Below are positions 27,050 through 36,540 of a stretch of 58,431 bases of DNA, piece after piece. Origin of the DNA: a virus (taxonomy: Duplodnaviria; Caudoviricetes); IMG/VR virus record IMGVR_UViG_3300021425_000043, positions 1-58,431 of that record, one strand, 5' to 3'. Position 1 is the stretch's first letter. Each line of letters opens with the position of its first letter. Position numbers and translations under genes: made by a program. The notes below the pieces were generated by a model, which worked only from the letters and a program-made list of their open reading frames with translations, had not been told where the DNA came from and made no database searches.

Positions 27050-29833
27050 GTGGGAATTGTTTTTAAGAACAATGCCAAGACTACACTTGCATCGAACTTG
27101 TCAAACTCTGCAACGAGTGCGACAGTTACAGATGGAAGCGTTTTTCCGTCCTTATCTGCCGGTGAATTTTTTCTACTTACCTTTGATGACGGAACGAATA
27201 ATGAAATATGTAAGTGTACAGCTAGATCTGGCAATACCTTAACTATTGTACGTGCTCAAGAGGGCACTACAGCAAGGGCTTTCTCTTCTGGAGATGCGGC
27301 CGAAGGTAGGGTAACGGCTGGAGTTCTTGAAACAATCCAAGAAAACATTGCAGCTAAGTCTGCAAACCAAACGGTTTACAATGCCACTACCGCATCAAGT
27401 GCTACAGATTATGATATAGGCATAGATCCTAGCGTAGAAGCAAACGCTATGGTCTTTTTAAATGGTGTTATGCAGCACCATGATACTTTTTCTTTTAGTG
27501 GTAGCACTTTAACATTTGATGCAGCTCCGCCAAACGGCATGGCATTAGAAGTTATAGTTGATAACTTAATTAACCTACAGTCTTCTAATCTTACCGTAGA
27601 TACCTTTACAGCTACTTCAGGGCAAACAGACTTTGTTCTATCTGATACCCCAGCCGCAGAAACTAATCTTATTGTGTTCGTGGATGGTGTATTTCAGGAT
27701 CAGGACTCTTACACGATTTCTAATAACACTTTAACTATTACAGACGGAGTTGTTTTAAATAGGGGCGTTACTGTATATGTAATAAACCCAGTAAACATAG
27801 GAACTCCAAGCGATGGTACTGTAACTAGTTCCAAGCTATCTGGTAATATTACTATGCCTGCTGATCTTACAGTAACAGGAGATGTTGCTTTTGATTCACC
27901 AACCTTCGTAGTTGACAACGCTAACTCAAGAGTAGGTATTGGTACAGCCTCACCTTCTACTCTTTTAGATATAGTCGGCGATGTAAAAATGTCCGCCAAC
28001 TTAACAGTCGACACAGATACCCTACATGTTGATGCTACAAATAATAGAGTTGGAATTGGGACTACGAGTCCAGCATATACCCTAGATGTTAATTCAGGGA
28101 CTACAAATGATACAGTTAGGTTTAAATCTTCAGACGATACAGTAAGTATAGTATTAGAAGATGACGACACACTTAATGAAATTGAATCTAGTGCTACAGG
28201 TATACGTTTTGATTTAAGCGGTTCTGAAAGACTCCGCATCAATGCTAGTGGCAGCGTCACCGTAAATAATAGTGGCACTATCCCTACAGGTGTTTTATTA
28301 GGAAGACAATTGGTAGTAGGAAGTTCAACAGGCTCAGAGGTTATTGCCTTTAGAGAAGACACGTCTGTTGCTGTTGGTGACAAGGTTGGTGCATTTTTAA
28401 TAGGTAACTCTGATACAGATGGGGCTGAAGACCACTTTGTTGGAATGTGGGGCAAGGTATCTTCTACCAATGGTTCGCAAGACCTTCACTTTGCCGCAGG
28501 TCGTTCAGGTTACGAAGGCGATGTGCCACAGATGACTCTTGATTCTTCAGGCAACGTTGGAATTGGTACCGATAGTCCTGCAAGAAAATTAGAAATCCAT
28601 AATTCTGCAACAAACGCAGAAGGTTTTAGGGTCTTACAAACAACGGCGGGAAGAACATCAGGCGGAGCATTGGGTTTATTTTATGATGATCAGGCTGGGA
28701 CAACACAAACCACTTTGCAGGTCATTCAAAACGGCACTGGTGACATTTTCCAATTATTTGATGGAGCGTCTCAGGTATTAACCGTCAAAGATGGCGGCAA
28801 CGTTGGAATTGGAACGAATAATCCTACAGCACCTTTACACGTTGATGCAGCAGGTATGGGAGATGTTTATTCAGGGTTAATTGAAAATACAACCACTGAT
28901 ACAGACCATTATAATGTTGTTAGATTTATGCAAGGAGCATCAGGGTCGGCAACAGGATTTGTAGGTACTGGTGGTTCTGCGACAAGTAATACTGCTTTTA
29001 GAAATACGTTTGTAGTTGGTACTCAAACTAGTAATGATTTTGTTGTAGCTACTAACGATACAGAAAGAATGCGTATTGATTCTTCAGGCAATGTTGGAAT
29101 TGGAACTGATAGTCCTGCTCAAAGCCTTGATACGACTGGTAAGATAAGAATAAGAGATGGTGGTAATACAACAATTCCATCAATACAAATGGGAGCATCA
29201 GGTGTAGATGGTTTATCTTTACCATCTACAAATACAGTTGCTTTCATCACTAATTCAGCAGAAAGAATGCGTATTGATGCTGGTGGTGCTATGCACATAG
29301 GCACGACAGCACAACCTGGTGGTGGCTGGGATACACATTTAAACGTAGCACATGATACTAATGCTGCTTATTTTAGAAGTACAGGTTCAGGTGGTTCTGC
29401 TGGTGTGGGAATACAAGTAGGTACTTATACAGCTACAACCTATGCTCTTGTATTTTATAATGGTCAACAAGGTAGTGCTGGTGGTGTTTCATTAGCTAAT
29501 GCAAATGCAAGTACATCAGTTACCTATAACACTTCTTCAGATTATAGAATGAAAGAAAATATCAAACCTTTAGAAAATGGTCTTGATAGATTAAAACAAT
29601 TAAAACCTGTTAAATTTGATTGGAAAACAAATGATGAAACCTCAGAAGGTTTTATAGCACACGAAGTCCAAGAAATATTCCCTGATGCTATAGCAGGTGA
29701 AAAAGATGGCGAAGAAATGCAAGGTATGGACTATGGAAGAATTACACCATTAATTGTAAAAGCCATCCAAGAACAACAAGAACTAATAGAAACACTCAAG
29801 CAGGAAATCCGGGAGATAAGAGAAGGTGGCTAA
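27050..29833 (+). CDS. tail fibre 1 with C-terminal peptidase S74 chaperone
   Basis: GNVGIGT / ERMRIDSSG repeats; SDYRMKENI...GFIAHE...DYGRITP chaperone. Confidence 0.85.
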   Translation: MGIVFKNNAKTTLASNLSNSATSATVTDGSVFPSLSAGEFFLLTFDDGTNNEICKCTARSGNTLTIVRAQEGTTARAFSSGDAAEGRVTAGVLETIQENIAAKSANQTVYNATTASSATDYDIGIDPSVEANAMVFLNGVMQHHDTFSFSGSTLTFDAAPPNGMALEVIVDNLINLQSSNLTVDTFTATSGQTDFVLSDTPAAETNLIVFVDGVFQDQDSYTISNNTLTITDGVVLNRGVTVYVINPVNIGTPSDGTVTSSKLSGNITMPADLTVTGDVAFDSPTFVVDNANSRVGIGTASPSTLLDIVGDVKMSANLTVDTDTLHVDATNNRVGIGTTSPAYTLDVNSGTTNDTVRFKSSDDTVSIVLEDDDTLNEIESSATGIRFDLSGSERLRINASGSVTVNNSGTIPTGVLLGRQLVVGSSTGSEVIAFREDTSVAVGDKVGAFLIGNSDTDGAEDHFVGMWGKVSSTNGSQDLHFAAGRSGYEGDVPQMTLDSSGNVGIGTDSPARKLEIHNSATNAEGFRVLQTTAGRTSGGALGLFYDDQAGTTQTTLQVIQNGTGDIFQLFDGASQVLTVKDGGNVGIGTNNPTAPLHVDAAGMGDVYSGLIENTTTDTDHYNVVRFMQGASGSATGFVGTGGSATSNTAFRNTFVVGTQTSNDFVVATNDTERMRIDSSGNVGIGTDSPAQSLDTTGKIRIRDGGNTTIPSIQMGASGVDGLSLPSTNTVAFITNSAERMRIDAGGAMHIGTTAQPGGGWDTHLNVAHDTNAAYFRSTGSGGSAGVGIQVGTYTATTYALVFYNGQQGSAGGVSLANANASTSVTYNTSSDYRMKENIKPLENGLDRLKQLKPVKFDWKTNDETSEGFIAHEVQEIFPDAIAGEKDGEEMQGMDYGRITPLIVKAIQEQQELIETLKQEIREIREGG

Positions 29834-31796
29834 TACTAAGATCACAGCAGCAAACATAGACAGTACCAGCACTGGGATTACTCTTGCGGATCTTACTGTA
29901 AATGGCGATATTAACCTCGGCGATAACGACAAAGCTATCTTTGGTGCTGGTTCAGATGCTTCCATCTTTAGTGATGGGTCAAATGGGTATATGAGAGGGT
30001 TTCTTGCCTTACAAAATAATGTAGGAGACCAAGATTTTATTTCATTCGCAGATGGTGGGGCTACATCTCTTTATTACGACAATGGAGCAAAACTAGCCAC
30101 AACCTCAACAGGCATAGACGTAACAGGTACAACTACAACAAACAATTTAACTATAGATGATGGTGTTATAGAGTTTGATAAGCCAAGTGTTTATGGTTTT
30201 AGATTTTTACATAATGATGCAGGTAATGATTTATCTATACAACAAGGCGATGCTAATAATGCAAACTATGTAACTAGGCTTAACATAAATTCTTCAGGTA
30301 ACTTACAATTAGGAACAACAAGCTCCTCGCAAACTATATTGCAATTTCTTTCAGCTACTAATGGTGCTAATACAATTCATTTTGGAGATGGTTCAAGTGC
30401 AGATGCTTATAGAGGATATATAAACTATAACCACACAGGCGATAGAATGGAATTTGCTACATCAGGCACAGAAAGAATGCGTATTGATTCTTCAGGTGCA
30501 GTTGGCATAGGACAAGTTCCTGAAACAGCAAGATTTTCAGGACATGATATTTTACAAGTCGGTGGAAGAGCAACACTTTTAGGAAACGATACTGTTTCAG
30601 CTACAGGTCAAACAGTACTATTAGATAATCTTTATTACGATGCAAGTGGAACTTTTCAACACAGAGGAGATTCTCGTGGTGTTGCAATGCAGTTTGTTGA
30701 AGGTCAAGTAATTTTTTCAAATTCAAACCAAACTACAGGTACTCCAACAGTATCAGAAAGAATGCGTATTAATAGTGTTGGCAACTTGTTGGTTGGCACT
30801 ACTGACTCTACACCTTATAATAATAGTTCAGGTTCTTCTGCTGATAATGGTTTTGCTTACCAAGCAAGTACAAGCATACTTTCTGTAGCAAGATACACAA
30901 CAACTACTGCTTCCTCACCATTTTTAGTCAATCGTACAGGTAGTGATGGTGTAGTTGCAGAGTTTAGAAAAGATGGCTCAACAGTTGGAACTATTGGTGC
31001 TAAAGATGGAGATATGGCTCTTGGAACAGGAGATACTGGTTTAAGATTTATAGATGGTTCTGATGCAATTACCCCTCATAACACTTCTACAAATGCAGGT
31101 AGAGATAATGCTATAGATTTAGGTTCATCAGGTGCAAGATTCAAAGACCTTTACCTTTCAAGCAAAGTTAATCTTGGTGATACAAACAGAAACTTAATGT
31201 ATAGGTCAGCTAATAATGACCTGCTTTTAGAAGCTGCTAGTGGTTTATTTTATAGACAGGATATAGGCAATACCAATCATTCTTGGTTTACTGGAAACAC
31301 AGAAAGAATGCGTATTCAGTCAAATGGTAGAACTGCATTATTTCAAACAACTGGTGGTGGTGCATTAACAATTAGAGGAGAGGGTGGTACTAGCTTCATA
31401 GCAATATCATTTACCCATAACAGTGATAATGGAGTTGGTTATATACAAACAGCATCTAGTTCTGTTACTTATTCAACATCTTCAGACTATAGATTAAAAG
31501 AAAATGTAGTTCCTATGGAAAATGGACTAGAAAGAATACAAAAATTAAAACCAGTTAAATTTAATTGGAAATTAGATGGAGAAGAATCAGAAGGTTTCTT
31601 AGCACATGAAGTACAAGAAGCAGGATGGAATGATGGGATTACTGGTAGTAAAGATGATAATTTAATTGAAGAAGGTCAACAAACTTATCAAGGTATGGAC
31701 TATGGAAGAATTACACCTTTACTTGTCAAAGCCATCCAAGAACAACAAACAATAATAGACGATTTAAAATCAAGAATAGAGGTATTGGAAGGATAA
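29826..31796 (+). CDS. tail fibre 2 with C-terminal peptidase S74 chaperone
   Basis: ERMRI repeats; SDYRLKENV...GFLAHE...DYGRITP. Confidence 0.85.
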   Translation: MANTKITAANIDSTSTGITLADLTVNGDINLGDNDKAIFGAGSDASIFSDGSNGYMRGFLALQNNVGDQDFISFADGGATSLYYDNGAKLATTSTGIDVTGTTTTNNLTIDDGVIEFDKPSVYGFRFLHNDAGNDLSIQQGDANNANYVTRLNINSSGNLQLGTTSSSQTILQFLSATNGANTIHFGDGSSADAYRGYINYNHTGDRMEFATSGTERMRIDSSGAVGIGQVPETARFSGHDILQVGGRATLLGNDTVSATGQTVLLDNLYYDASGTFQHRGDSRGVAMQFVEGQVIFSNSNQTTGTPTVSERMRINSVGNLLVGTTDSTPYNNSSGSSADNGFAYQASTSILSVARYTTTTASSPFLVNRTGSDGVVAEFRKDGSTVGTIGAKDGDMALGTGDTGLRFIDGSDAITPHNTSTNAGRDNAIDLGSSGARFKDLYLSSKVNLGDTNRNLMYRSANNDLLLEAASGLFYRQDIGNTNHSWFTGNTERMRIQSNGRTALFQTTGGGALTIRGEGGTSFIAISFTHNSDNGVGYIQTASSSVTYSTSSDYRLKENVVPMENGLERIQKLKPVKFNWKLDGEESEGFLAHEVQEAGWNDGITGSKDDNLIEEGQQTYQGMDYGRITPLLVKAIQEQQTIIDDLKSRIEVLEG

Positions 31797-33242
31797 ATGG
31801 CAAAGACTAAAGTACATGGTGAATATTTAGACCCCTCAGTTATTTCAGCACAGACTGAGGTTACGGCTGTTGGATCTGACCATATGCTTATCTTTGACGC
31901 TACGGACAATGCCCTGAAGAAAGCTCTACTGTCCGATCTAATAGAGACCGTAGGATCTACCCCAACTTTTACAAGTGCAGTTATATCTGGCGATCTAACA
32001 GTTGATACTTCAACCCTTAAAGTAGACTCATCAAATAATAGAGTTGGAATTGGTGTTACAAGTCCAACAGGTAAGCTAGGAATTTATGGTGGTAATATTG
32101 ATGACATTCCTTTAGTTATTACTCATGCTTGGGGTTCATCTAGTACAGCACTTATTTCAGCATCTAATGCATCATCTGAGGTTTTTAAAGTTGAACGTTC
32201 AGGCAACGTTGGAATTGGAGGTTCACCTGATACACAATTAAATATTAAAAATGGAGACGATGCAGTTGTTCGTATTGAATCTATAGGTTCAGAATCAGGT
32301 GATGATGCAAGGCTAGAATTAAAAACAACCAATGGCACATTTACCATACAAAATGACAGAAGTCTTGGTACAAGTGGTGCTTTAACTTTTGCAGGAAATA
32401 CATCTGATAATTTAGTTATTGACCATAATTTAGGACTAATTGGAATTGGAACAGCTTCCCCTGAAACTTATTTACATATAAAAACAACATCACCTACTAT
32501 ATCAATGACTGATACCAATAGTTTTTCAGATACTAATGATAGGTTTCAAATCAGAGCCAATGCTGACGTAGGCCAGTTCCAATGGTACGATGATTCAGCA
32601 TCATCAACTACTACTCTTATGACTTTAACTCCTTCAGGCTATGTTGAAATTGCTAGTGCTTCACAAGTTAGATTAACACTTGGTAATTCAGGAACAGCAG
32701 GAACAAATACTGCTAACTGGGTAAGGGGAACTGGTAATGAATTAGGTTTCAATTCTGCTGGTGGCGGTTTTCATTGGGAAATAGGCGGTACAGAACGCAT
32801 GAGGATTTTAGCTTCAGGCGGTCTTACCTTCAACGGAGACACAGCAGCAGCTAACGCACTTGACGATTATGAAGAAGGTACTTGGACTCCTGGCTTTGGT
32901 GGAGCTACTTTAAGCACTGCTACAGGTCATTACACAAAAATTGGTAATCAAGTTACTGTTCATTATCATATAGTTTCTTCTGGTGGAATGCCTACAAGTT
33001 CAGCACAAGTTCAAATAAGCGGCTTACCTTTTACTATAGATAGTAATGGGGCAGGAGCAATATATGCCAGATACTATACTCCAAATGATTCTACATTAAC
33101 AACTATTTTAGTTGATGGTGATAGTTTTATTAGATTAATCAATATAAATGAACAAAATTTTGATTATACAGTTTATGGTGAATTAGAAGCATCACATAAT
33201 AACTCTGTTGATATAAGAGGAACAGCTACATACAAAGTTTAA
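31797..33242 (+). CDS. tail fibre 3
   Basis: RVGIG repeats, 'ANALDDYEEGTWTP', 'YTKIGNQV', 'SGLPF' receptor-binding-type C-terminus. Confidence 0.8.
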   Translation: MAKTKVHGEYLDPSVISAQTEVTAVGSDHMLIFDATDNALKKALLSDLIETVGSTPTFTSAVISGDLTVDTSTLKVDSSNNRVGIGVTSPTGKLGIYGGNIDDIPLVITHAWGSSSTALISASNASSEVFKVERSGNVGIGGSPDTQLNIKNGDDAVVRIESIGSESGDDARLELKTTNGTFTIQNDRSLGTSGALTFAGNTSDNLVIDHNLGLIGIGTASPETYLHIKTTSPTISMTDTNSFSDTNDRFQIRANADVGQFQWYDDSASSTTTLMTLTPSGYVEIASASQVRLTLGNSGTAGTNTANWVRGTGNELGFNSAGGGFHWEIGGTERMRILASGGLTFNGDTAAANALDDYEEGTWTPGFGGATLSTATGHYTKIGNQVTVHYHIVSSGGMPTSSAQVQISGLPFTIDSNGAGAIYARYYTPNDSTLTTILVDGDSFIRLININEQNFDYTVYGELEASHNNSVDIRGTATYKV

Positions 33243-33288
33243 CAACTAATATACCTAGTGGATTCTAGGTACGGACATAGGAGAAAAA

Positions 33289-33597
33289 ATGGCGTTAAGA
33301 AAACGAATATTCGAAGATAAGATAGAAGTTGTAGGCGACTACAAAACTATACAAGTAAGAACAGCTACTGTTGTAGAAGAAGGCACAGATGCAAAAGGCT
33401 ACACTGAGCTTTCAAGGTCTTTTCACAGACACGCATTAGATTGTGTAAACTCTGTACAAGACGAAGATGGTAACTGGACACATACAGATACAGACGTATC
33501 AGGTGAAAGCGATGAGGTTCAGGGCATTGCAAACTCAGTTTGGACTGATACAATTAAAGCAGCAAAAAGAACCGCTAACGAGGAATCTAGCATCTAA
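33289..33597 (+). CDS. hypothetical protein, likely fibre-associated
   Basis: 102 aa, 'DKIEVV...IQVR...ELSRSFHRH...WT'; AGGAG RBS. Confidence 0.65.
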   Translation: MALRKRIFEDKIEVVGDYKTIQVRTATVVEEGTDAKGYTELSRSFHRHALDCVNSVQDEDGNWTHTDTDVSGESDEVQGIANSVWTDTIKAAKRTANEESSI

Positions 33598-33794
33598 TGA
33601 GCACGGTAAAAGAATCTATGGCAAAAATAGCAGCGCACGAACGTGAGTGTGCTATTCGCTATGAGAATATAGAAAAGCGTCTAGATAAAGGCGACGCTAA
33701 GTTCGATGCTATGGACACCAAATTTACTAGGTACATTATAGGTTTATACCTACTTATCATAGCCGCTAGTGGCCTTGATAGAATCTTTTCTTAA
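33597..33794 (+). CDS. small membrane protein (coiled coil plus C-terminal TM)
   Basis: 'HERECAIRY..IEKRL' then a hydrophobic helix; near lysozyme. Confidence 0.6.
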   Translation: MSTVKESMAKIAAHERECAIRYENIEKRLDKGDAKFDAMDTKFTRYIIGLYLLIIAASGLDRIFS

Positions 33795-33838
33795 ATATAT
33801 ACTAAATAATTATTGTTGACTAAATAAGGAGTATTTAC

Positions 33839-34087
33839 ATGGAAGACAACAAAATAAAAGAAATAAACTTCAACGGCAACGTTTACGCTATTGAAGATCT
33901 AACACCTAGAGCAATCGAAGGTTTTAATGCTTTGTTTAAGGCACAACAGAAACTTAACGATCTTGCTGTAGAAGTAAAAATCGTGCAGGGAGGGCAAAGT
34001 CATTTAAGTGCGGAATTGGAAAAAGTCATTACAGAAGATAAAATCAAGCCTCAGCCACCAGTCGAAGAAGAAAAAGCCGAAAAGTAA
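33839..34087 (+). CDS. hypothetical protein
   Basis: 82 aa, AAGGAG RBS. Confidence 0.65.
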   Translation: MEDNKIKEINFNGNVYAIEDLTPRAIEGFNALFKAQQKLNDLAVEVKIVQGGQSHLSAELEKVITEDKIKPQPPVEEEKAEK

Positions 34088-34088
34088 A

Positions 34089-34541
34089 ATGGATATCGAA
34101 AAGTGCAAAGCTGATATCAAAAGGCACGAAGGCGAAGTTCTTGAGATATATGAAGATAGTTTAGGCTATAAAACACTAGGCGTTGGCCATCTGTGCCAAC
34201 CAGGCGACCCAGAGTACGATTGGGAAGTAGGTACACCGGTGAGTCAGGAAGTAGTTGATATGTACTACGAAGATGACTTTGATAAACACTACAAAGAAGC
34301 TATTCACGTCTTTGGTAGTGAAGAAGATTTTGATAAATTACCCGAAGATATACAACACGTATTGGTTAATATGTGTTTTAATCTAGGAGGTAGCAGGCTT
34401 TCTAAGTTTAGAAATATGTTAGATGCCTGTAGAAAACATGAATGGGAACGAATGGCTGCTGAAATGGAAGACAGTAGGTGGTTTAAACAAGTAGGAAGAA
34501 GGAGTCTAGAACTACAAGCATTAGTTCGTAATACTGTATAA
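34089..34541 (+). CDS. endolysin, T4-like lysozyme (GH24)
   Basis: HEG...YEDSLGYKTLGVGH catalytic E-D-T pattern, NMCFNLG, SRWFKQVGRR; start at ATG 34089. Confidence 0.9.
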   Translation: MDIEKCKADIKRHEGEVLEIYEDSLGYKTLGVGHLCQPGDPEYDWEVGTPVSQEVVDMYYEDDFDKHYKEAIHVFGSEEDFDKLPEDIQHVLVNMCFNLGGSRLSKFRNMLDACRKHEWERMAAEMEDSRWFKQVGRRSLELQALVRNTV

Positions 34542-34548
34542 TGAATAA

Positions 34549-36540
34549 ATGGCATATTTTAAACTTATTACCTTCGGAGGCAAAGCACCTAGAGTATCTC
34601 CTAGGCTTCTAGCAGACACCCTTGCGCAAACTGCAACCGATGTAAACTTAGAAAGTGGACGTCTTGTACCTGTAAAAGAGAATTCCACAGTAGACCCTTC
34701 TAACGGAGTTTCTACTCTTGCCAACACTACCAAACAAAGCATATTTAAATACACTGATAGCCCAGAACGTTGGCTACAGTTTGATGAAGATGTAGACGTC
34801 GTACGTGGACCGTTGCCCGGGGACACCAACGACACGATCTATTGGTCAGGTCAATCTTTTCCTAGAATGGGTAGAAGTGATATTGTTTTAGGTGGTGCTC
34901 CTTATCCAAACGCTTTTTACAGATTAGGTATACCTGCACCAACTGCAGCTCCTACTGTAGCAATAACAGCACCAACACAGATAAATGCAACCATAACAAC
35001 TACTAATGGTTCGGGAACTATAACGGTAACAACAGCAAGCAATCACAACGCTTCTGTAGATCAATTTGTAACTTTAGTAGGATTTAGTGCAACTAATGGT
35101 TTAACAGCAGATGAAATAAATGGAGATTTTAAAATAAAAAGTGTGCCTTCTGCTACTACTTTAAGCGTAGATACTAATGGGTCTGCTACTAGTGCAGGTA
35201 CATCAAGCTCTATAACAAACGGTGCTAGTTTTGGTGGACCTTCGGACGCTAACCTGGATTTTGAAACTTCTTACGTGTACACCTTTGTTTCAGCATACGG
35301 CGAAGAAGGGCCACCTTCTCCAGCATCTACTGTTATAACAACAGATGACAATCAAGTTGTAGACGTTAGTGGTTTAGAAACTAGTAGTTCAAAATCAAAT
35401 ACTAACTTATTTAAAAAACGTATCTACAGATCAAATACGGGGTCAAATAGTTCTGCTTTTCAATTTGTAGCAGAAGTAACACTAGCAACAACAAGCTATT
35501 CTGATAGTTCAGACAACAGTGATTTAGGTGAAGTTATACCCTCTACTACATGGATTGCACCTCCGGATGATGACACTAGCCTATACCCAGACGGCCCAAT
35601 GAAAGGGTTATGTGCTCTACCTGGTGGTATTTTTGCTGGTTTTACTGGCAAACGTATATGTTTTAGTGAGCCTTTTTTACCTCATGCCTGGCCTGTTAAT
35701 TACAGAATAACGTTAGAAGAAGAGATAGTTGGAATAAAAGTGATATCAAATGGCGTGTTAGTTACAACCAAAGGCGTACCGTACTTAGTTACAGGGTCTG
35801 GGCCCGATACTATGACTGCAATACGTATCGAAAGTTCACAAGCTAACTTAAACAAAAGATCAATGGTAGACATGGGCCCATACGTTATCTATGCAAGTCC
35901 GGACGGATTGATCGCAGCAGAAGGTACAAGTGTACGAAATCTTACTGAAGGTATTATTACTTCTAGTCAATGGCAAGCTAGTTATTACCCTGCAACGATT
36001 ACCGGGTTCTTGTGGGAAGAAAGGTATGTTGGTTTCTACAACACAGGTAGTGGTTACGGCGGGTTTATCTTTGACCCAAGAGTGAACGACGGCACAAGTT
36101 TCGTAGATTTAGATGCTAGTGCGTTGATACGTGGTGGACATACAGATCCGGACGACAGCCAGTTATATTTAATTATAAGTAACACGATTAAAAAGTTCCA
36201 AGGCGGTGGTAGTAATTTGACATTTAATTGGAAGTCAAAAGAATATGTTATGCCAAAACCTACAAGTATGGGATTCGTAAAGATAGATGCAGAAAGTTAT
36301 CCAGTAAGAGTCAAAGTCTATGGTGATGGCTCTGTTATATATAATGCTCAGATATCAACAAGCGGTAGTACCTACAGCGTTACTGGCACTACACCTAGTT
36401 TTAGTGCTACTTCTATACCAGAACCAATACTAAGACTACCTGCAAGTGTACATAAGACTTTTGCAGTTGAAGTAGAAGGCGCTACTATTGTCAACGAAAT
36501 CTGTGTAGGAGAATCCATAGATGAATTAAGGAGCATCTGA
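34549..36540 (+). CDS. tail nozzle/stabilisation-like virion protein
   Basis: 663 aa beta-rich; 'SYVYTFVS.YGEEGPPS', 'KRIYRS', 'FSEPFLPHAWP', 'YASPDGL'. Confidence 0.65.
   Translation: MAYFKLITFGGKAPRVSPRLLADTLAQTATDVNLESGRLVPVKENSTVDPSNGVSTLANTTKQSIFKYTDSPERWLQFDEDVDVVRGPLPGDTNDTIYWSGQSFPRMGRSDIVLGGAPYPNAFYRLGIPAPTAAPTVAITAPTQINATITTTNGSGTITVTTASNHNASVDQFVTLVGFSATNGLTADEINGDFKIKSVPSATTLSVDTNGSATSAGTSSSITNGASFGGPSDANLDFETSYVYTFVSAYGEEGPPSPASTVITTDDNQVVDVSGLETSSSKSNTNLFKKRIYRSNTGSNSSAFQFVAEVTLATTSYSDSSDNSDLGEVIPSTTWIAPPDDDTSLYPDGPMKGLCALPGGIFAGFTGKRICFSEPFLPHAWPVNYRITLEEEIVGIKVISNGVLVTTKGVPYLVTGSGPDTMTAIRIESSQANLNKRSMVDMGPYVIYASPDGLIAAEGTSVRNLTEGIITSSQWQASYYPATITGFLWEERYVGFYNTGSGYGGFIFDPRVNDGTSFVDLDASALIRGGHTDPDDSQLYLIISNTIKKFQGGGSNLTFNWKSKEYVMPKPTSMGFVKIDAESYPVRVKVYGDGSVIYNAQISTSGSTYSVTGTTPSFSATSIPEPILRLPASVHKTFAVEVEGATIVNEICVGESIDELRSI

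Noticed and set aside
25502-28470. Antisense ORFs of 202 and 253 aa in the tail region
   Set aside because: Reverse-frame shadows of repetitive structural genes
29520-31790. Diversity-generating retroelement in the tail fibres
   Set aside because: No reverse transcriptase in the window; the repeats are coding paralogous segments without an adenine-specific mismatch pattern
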